Assembly: GCA_002269645.1 (NCBI GenBank)
Contig: NIVC01002271.1
Coordinates: forward strand, 1-64,000
Direction: 5' to 3'
DNA length: 64,000 nucleotides
Origin: Macrostomum lignano
Lineage: Eukaryota
Made by a program: the position numbers and the translations under genes. Below are positions 59,501-64,000 of this stretch, piece after piece; the first letter of the stretch is position 1, and every line of letters starts with the position of its first letter. The notes below the pieces were generated by a model. The model was not told the origin of the DNA and ran no database searches. It saw nothing but the letters and a program-made list of their open reading frames with translations.

Positions 59501-62104
59501 GGTGCAAAGGATTCAGGGGGCAGGCGCTTCAGAAGGAGGTGAGAGCAATGTTGCGCTTGCATTGTCGATAGCAGCTCCAACTAATCCCATCCCTTATAGC
59601 GTCCCTAGCAACCCAAATCCCTTAGCACCCTAGCAACCATAGTCCCTAGCAACCCTAATCCCTTAGCACCCCTAGCAACCATAGTCTCTAGCAACCCTAA
59701 TCCCTAGCAACCGTAATCCCTAGCAACCGTAGTCCCTAGCAACCCTAATCCCTAGCAACCCTAATCCCTAGCAACCATAATCCCAGCAACCATAATCTCT
59801 AGCAACCCTAATCCCTAGCAACCCTAATCCCTAGCAACCCTAATCCCTAGCAACCCTAATCCCTAGCAACCCTAATCCCTAGCAACCCTAATCCCTAGCA
59901 ACCCTAATCCCCCGGCATCCCTATAACAACCCTAATTCCTTAGCGTCCCTAGCAACGCCCATTTCTATCTTACGGTTTCTAACGACCTCTATTTTTCTAT
60001 TCTCTAGCGTCCCTAGCAACCTAAACCTCTTTTTATCTAACCAAATATGTCGCAATGTATTACCAAAAAGTAGACAGTATGAAAGCTGCTTACAAATCCC
60101 AACAGGTGGACTCCCTCGTCCATCGGCTCGGCCTGTCCGAAAATTCGGCCAAACCCAGCGGCCATCTGTCTGGCGGCAATCGTCGCCGACTGTGCGTGGC
60201 CATCGCTTTCATCGGCTCGCCAGACGTGGTGCTGCTCGACGAGCCGACCGCGGGCGTCGACGTCGTGGCCCGTCGACGAATCTGGAAGTGCATCCAGCGG
60301 GCTCGACGAATGCAGCAGAGCATCCTGCTGACCTCGCACTCTATGGAGGAATGCGAGCTGCTGTGCAATCGGATCCTCATCATGAAGTCTGGCCGCCTGT
60401 TGGCTCAGGGCAGCGTGGACGATCTGGTGAAGCAGTTCTGCCAGGGCTTCGTGCTGCGCCTGCTGCTGCGGGTGAGCGTCTGGTGGGATTCCCCTTGGCA
60501 GGGAATCTCCCTAGTGGAAAATCCCTTTGGTGGAATTTTCCCTGACGGATAATTTTTCTAATGGAAAATCTCTCTGATGGGAATTGCCCTGGTGGGGAAT
60601 CTTTCTGGTGGGATTCCCCCTGGCGGGGAATCTCCCTAGTTGAAAATCCCTCTGGCGGGAATCTGTCTGGTGGGATTTCCTCCAGCGGGGAATCTCCCTA
60701 GTGAGGAATCTCCCTGGCGGGTAATCTGTCTGGTGAAATTCCCCGTGGCCGGAAACCTCCCTAGTGGGGAATCTCTCTGGTGGGATTCCCCCTTGCCGGG
60801 AATCTCGGGGAATCAGTCTGGTGGGATTCCCTTCGGCGGGGGAATCTTCCTAGTGTAATCTGTCTGGTGGGATTCCCTCCGACGGGGAATCTCCCTAGTA
60901 GCGAATTTTCATGGTGGGATTCCCCCTGGCGAGGAATCTCCCTAGTTGAAAATCCCTCTGGCGGGAATCTGTCTGGTGGGATTCCTCCCGGTGGGGAATC
61001 TCCCTAGTGGGGAATCTCTCTGGTGGGATTCCCCCTGGCCGGGAATCTCCCTAGTGGGGAATCTCCCTGGCGGGTAATCTGTCTGGTGAGATTCCCTCCG
61101 GCGGGGAATCTCCCTAGTGAGGAATCTCCCTGGCGGGTAATCTGTCTTGTGAAATTCCCCGTGGCCGGAAATCTCCCTAGTGGGAAATCTCTCTGGTGGG
61201 ATTCCCCCTGGCCGGGAATCTCCCTAGTGGGGAATCTCCCTGGCGGGTAATCTGTCTGGTGAGATTCCCTCCGGCGGGGAATCTCCCTAGTGAGGAATCT
61301 CCCTGGCGGGTAATCTGTCTTGTGAAATTCCCCGTGGCCGGAAATCTCCCTAGTGGGGAATCTCTCTGGTGGGATTCCCCCTGGCCGGGAATCTTTCTGG
61401 TGGGATTCCCTCCGGCGGGGAATCTTCCTAATGGGGAATGTCTTTGTTGGGGAATCTCTCTGGCTGGGAATCTCTCTTATAGGAAATTTCTCTATTTGGA
61501 GAAGTTCCTGATTAAAGAAAGCACCCTCGGTAGGGAAACTCATTTAGTGGGAACTTCTTTATGTTGAATACCATTTTTACAGTTTCTCGTATTCCTTCTT
61601 GTTGGAGAATTTCTTTTTACGGGCATTTGACTGGGAGAAATTCTGAATGGGAATTTCTTTAGCTGGAATGGTCCCTTGAACTTACCTCCACCCCAGGCTG
61701 ACGCCGCCGCTGAGCTGTCCGAGACCATCGTGGGGAGCCTCGCCGAAGAGCTCGGCCTCGACGGTAGCTGCGAATTTAAAACAGACGAACGCGACGAGAC
61801 CAAAGAGGTGCACATCCTGCTGAAGCCTTCCGCTGGACTTGTCGGCGAGGCTGCCGCCGCCGCTGCCGCCGGCATTAGCGCGCCGTTCGTCCAAGTCTAC
61901 GAAGCTCTCCGCCAGCTGCAGTGTCGCCATGTCGACGAAGGCTTCATCAGCTTCGCTCTGGTTCACCCCAGCGTTGAGGAAGTTTTCCACCGGGTGATGA
62001 GCCTGTCCGACAAGGAGTCTTCGGAGACATCAGCGGCTGCTGAATCTCTTCGTCGGCCGACAGTGTCGGTTGCTGGAGCCGTGTCGAACAATGTTTCTGT
62101 TTGA
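41038..62104 (+). CDS. ABCA: ABCA-subfamily full transporter (ABCA1/ABCA4-like), 2290 aa, 20 exons: 41038-41343, 41851-41947, 42037-42178, 43470-43617, 44212-44575, 44981-45117, 45216-45329, 46478-46609, 47036-47262, 48139-48312, 49078-50166, 51019-51454, 52558-53238, 53715-54011, 54332-54954, 56606-56783, 57664-57779, 58701-59538, 60106-60471, 61697-62104
   Basis: All junctions are GT-AG and phase-consistent (total 6873 nt). CFFQPKALPTSG...C (ABCA1-like ECD1), VYEKESRLKE, NBD1 GKNGCGKST / LSGGQRRK / ILDEPTAGVD, NBD2 GSNGAGKSS / LSGGNRRR / LLDEPTAGVD / LTSHSMEECE. The exon 5 acceptor is the least certain. Confidence 0.93.
41520..41790. repeat. ABCA intron 1 minisatellite (ctgggattcggga variants)
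   Basis: Visible directly. Confidence 0.85.
42240..43380. repeat. ABCA intron 3 ~29-bp minisatellite, interrupted by a SINE
   Basis: tcttcctgtctcttaatgacattcctgtcttaa variants on both sides of the insertion. Confidence 0.93.
42824..43181 (+). mobile_element. tRNA-derived SINE (~360 bp) with 13-bp target-site duplication
   Basis: Head ggggccgTAGCCCAGTGGTAGcgc (A box) ... GGCTCGATTCC (B box); 3' aataaaaaaa tail; TSD AATGACACACCTG at 42811-42823 and 43182-43194; second copy at 55199-56389. Confidence 0.88.
43720..44160. repeat. ABCA intron 4 composite minisatellite (ccttagagattgacggtgacctcacg variants)
   Basis: Visible directly. Confidence 0.88.
44605..44900. repeat. ABCA intron 5 20-bp minisatellite (ctactgttctaccaatctat)
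   Basis: Visible directly. Confidence 0.9.
45410..45590. repeat. ABCA intron 7 ~33-bp repeat (atcaaatctcattgagatctcacctctactgact)
   Basis: Visible directly. Confidence 0.85.
47380..48112. repeat. ABCA intron 9 ~28-bp minisatellite with (CA)n expansions
   Basis: gcagatagacacacaccaatctagaa variants. Confidence 0.93.
48345..48900. repeat. ABCA intron 10 pyrimidine-rich minisatellite (ctctcatccttccgctccctccct)
   Basis: Visible directly. Confidence 0.93.
50620..50980. repeat. ABCA intron 11 ~18-bp minisatellite (gtgagattttgtatcgg)
   Basis: Visible directly. Confidence 0.9.
51610..52557. repeat. ABCA intron 12 7/14-bp satellite (cagatcccaaatcc)
   Basis: Visible directly; same family at 53255-53640. 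Confidence 0.93.
53255..53640. repeat. ABCA intron 13 7/14-bp satellite (same family as intron 12)
   Basis: Visible directly. Confidence 0.9.
54058..54288. repeat. ABCA intron 14 16-bp minisatellite (agcaccaaggggcgcc)
   Basis: Visible directly. Confidence 0.95.
54959..55140. repeat. ABCA intron 15 21-bp minisatellite (tctactttgtctactctcatg)
   Basis: Visible directly. Confidence 0.93.
55199..56389 (-). mobile_element. Second copy of the tRNA-derived SINE, split: head 56321-56389, body/tail 55199-55455
   Basis: Reverse complement matches copy 1 (gccgtagcccagaggtctagcgc...ggctcgattccaagtgcagt; aatctcggcttggctctgctcgtgcaattaacggccttg...gtgaagtgtacatgcctaacgataa...aataaaaa). Confidence 0.85.
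55716..56320. repeat. 18-bp minisatellite (cagatagcaagcatcccc) inside SINE copy 2
   Basis: Visible directly. Confidence 0.95.
57135..57300. repeat. ABCA intron 16 ~39-bp repeat (ctctggcgcgtcccagataggactctgcggctccagact)
   Basis: About four near-identical copies. Confidence 0.93.
57850..58580. repeat. ABCA intron 17 minisatellite (cccaaaacactgggatttataattcc variants, dimeric higher-order structure)
   Basis: Visible directly. Confidence 0.93.
59600..60020. repeat. ABCA intron 18 16-bp minisatellite (ccctagcaaccctaat)
   Basis: Visible directly. Confidence 0.92.
60480..61440. repeat. ABCA intron 19 composite G/C-run satellite (ggtgggattcccc / ggggaatctccc)
   Basis: Visible directly; includes a higher-order duplication. 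Confidence 0.9.
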
Positions 62105-62109
62105 TGTTT

Positions 62110-62660
62110 TGCCTTATAGCTTTGAATGAGTTGAGGGAATCCCCTTTTGAGGGAATCCCATTTGAAGGAGTTAAGGGATTCCCCTTTGAGCGAATCCAGT
62201 CTGAGGGAATCCCCTTTGAATGATTTAAGGGAATTCTCATTTGAGGGAATCCCTTTGAATTAGTTGAGGGAATCCCCCTTTGAGGGAATCCCATTTGAAG
62301 GAGTTAAGGGATTCCCCTTTGAGCGAATCCAGTCTGAGGGAATCCCCTTTGAATGATTTAAGGGAATTCTCATTTGAGGGAATCCCTTTGAATTAGTTGA
62401 GGGAATCCCATTTGAAGGAGTTAGAGGATTCCCCCTTTGAGCGAATCCAGTCTGAGGGAATCCTTTTTAAATGAGTTAAGGGAATTCTAATTTGAGGGAA
62501 TCCCCTTTGAATTAGTTGAGGGAATCCTCATTTGAGAGAATCCCCTTTTTGAGGGAATCCCTTTGGATGGGTTTAGAGAATCTCCCTTTGAGGGAATCTA
62601 ATATTTTTTATGAATTGAGGGAATTCGCCCTTGAAGGAATCTGCCTTTGAGGGAATTCCC
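62110..62660. repeat. Degenerate gagggaatcccc satellite downstream of the ABCA stop
   Basis: Visible directly. Confidence 0.85.
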
Positions 62661-63154
62661 TTTTGAGGAAGACGCTTTAAGAAAACAAATTGAAAAAAAA
62701 ATCCATTTAAAGTGAGACTTTCCCTGTTTAGAAACCCTTTGTGCATTCTCCCAAAATGATTCAAGCTCCCTATTTGGAAATTACCCTAATTATGATTTTT
62801 AGTGTAATTTCTGTGTTGTGAGATTTGATTTTGCAAAAATCAAAATAAAATCTTCATGTACAGAAGTAACGCATTCAGTTTTTTTGCAATAATTTTGCTA
62901 ATTAATTAAATTACGTGTATAATTATATTTCTTTGGCTCCAGGTTGGTATATTGGGATCTTGTGGTCTTCCTTAAAGCTTTACTATTGTTCTTATTGTTG
63001 TTAACTTTGCTCTCGAGACACTTTTTAATCAGAATCCGATTAGTGAGTTGCATGCACTCCATACCAACTCTGTGTCAAGATATTATTCCATGTGCACTCT
63101 CATTTATCATTCAAGTCGCCATCAATTCTCTGTTCTCAAATTCTTAGTCTTTGG

Positions 63155-63680
63155 TGTACCCTGCTCACCTGTCTTTAGGGTACCCTGCTCACCTGTCTTT
63201 AGGGTACCCTGCTCACCTGTCTTTAGGGTACCCTGCTCACCTGTCTTTAGGGTACCCTGCTCACCTGTCTTTAGGGTACCCTGCTCACCTGTCTTTAGGG
63301 TACCCTGCTCACCTGTCTTTAGGGTACCCTGCTCACCTGTCTTTAGGGTACCCTGCTCACCTGTCTTTAGGGTACCCTGCTCACCTGTCTTTAGGGTACC
63401 CTGCTCACCTGTCTTTAGGGTACCCTGCTCACCTGTCTTTAGGGTACCCTGCTCACCTGTCTTTAGGGTACCCTGCTCACCTGTCTTTAGGGTACCCTGC
63501 TCACCTGTCTTTAGGGTACCCTGCTCACCTGTCTTTAGGGTACCCTGCTCACCTGTCTTTAGGGTACCCTGCTCACCTGTCTTTAGGGTACCCTGCTCAC
63601 CTGTCTTTAGGGTACCCTGCTCACCTGTCTTTAGGGTACCCTGCTCACCTGTCTTTAGGGTACCCTGCTCACCTGTCTTT
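63155..63680. repeat. Perfect 24-bp tandem repeat (gggtaccctgctcacctgtcttta), ~22 copies
   Basis: Visible directly. Confidence 0.97.
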
Positions 63681-64000
63681 GGGTATCTTGCTATCCCATT
63701 TTTTTATTTTCTTTCTCGCTATTTTACATGAAAAAGGGCATTGTTTCTGTCAGCTTGCCGAAATCAACAAATTTCATGTCGTAAATAATCAGTGCGTTTC
63801 ACTGCGTCTCATATCATTCGTTCGCTCGGTTATTTATTTCATAGATAATTATGTTTGCTACATATTCTACTCTTACATTACTGCATAGAAAGTTTGCTCA
63901 CCTCTTCTATCGATGACTTCTTTTTTGAAAAAAAAAATACGTTAAATACGCGCTCTCAATTAATTTAACAGATTTTAACAAAATAAGCTTGTTTTTCGGA

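Noticed and set aside
50615-62764. Repetitive ORFs in ABCA introns (GIWDL, GDACYL, FPTREIP, etc.)
   Set aside because: Intronic satellite translations; the true coding frame is accounted for by the spliced ABCA model.

Overview
Animal genomic DNA. The style of the host genes (GC-rich exons, nearly every intron filled by its own minisatellite) suggests a Macrostomum-like flatworm, but that is inference only. (1) Bases 1-12875 are one end of a Maverick/Polinton (adintovirus-type) endogenous virus, with all recognisable genes on the minus strand. Reading from the terminus: putative AGTAGT terminus at 12875, a secreted-type ORF, internal repeat arrays, two unknown ORFs, a divergent TATA-binding-protein (TBP) homolog, a pPolB reduced to fused N- and C-terminal remnants, dUTPase, parvovirus-type PLA2, packaging ATPase, minor capsid, two conserved core ORFs, a 62-aa ORF, chromodomain integrase, a basic core protein and the N-terminus of the major capsid protein, which runs off the window start. 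A TATAAGC motif sits upstream of the virion-module genes but was not found in the upstream replication/accessory block. Together with the TBP homolog, this suggests an element-encoded late-transcription system, the top candidate for novelty. (2) Bases 12876-64000 are host DNA: micro/minisatellites, a small single-TM ORF, a 4-exon TTLL10-like gene, a tentative 2-exon unknown gene, an intronless CYP3-clan P450, an intronless ~1196-aa protein with an internal duplication and two RIIa/Dpy-30-like motifs, a 20-exon ABCA transporter (2290 aa by my exon model) with a furin-like site in ECD1, and two copies of a tRNA-derived SINE. Several genes carry single-base indels in short homopolymers, probably long-read errors. 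All homology calls come from motif recognition by eye; no database search was run.
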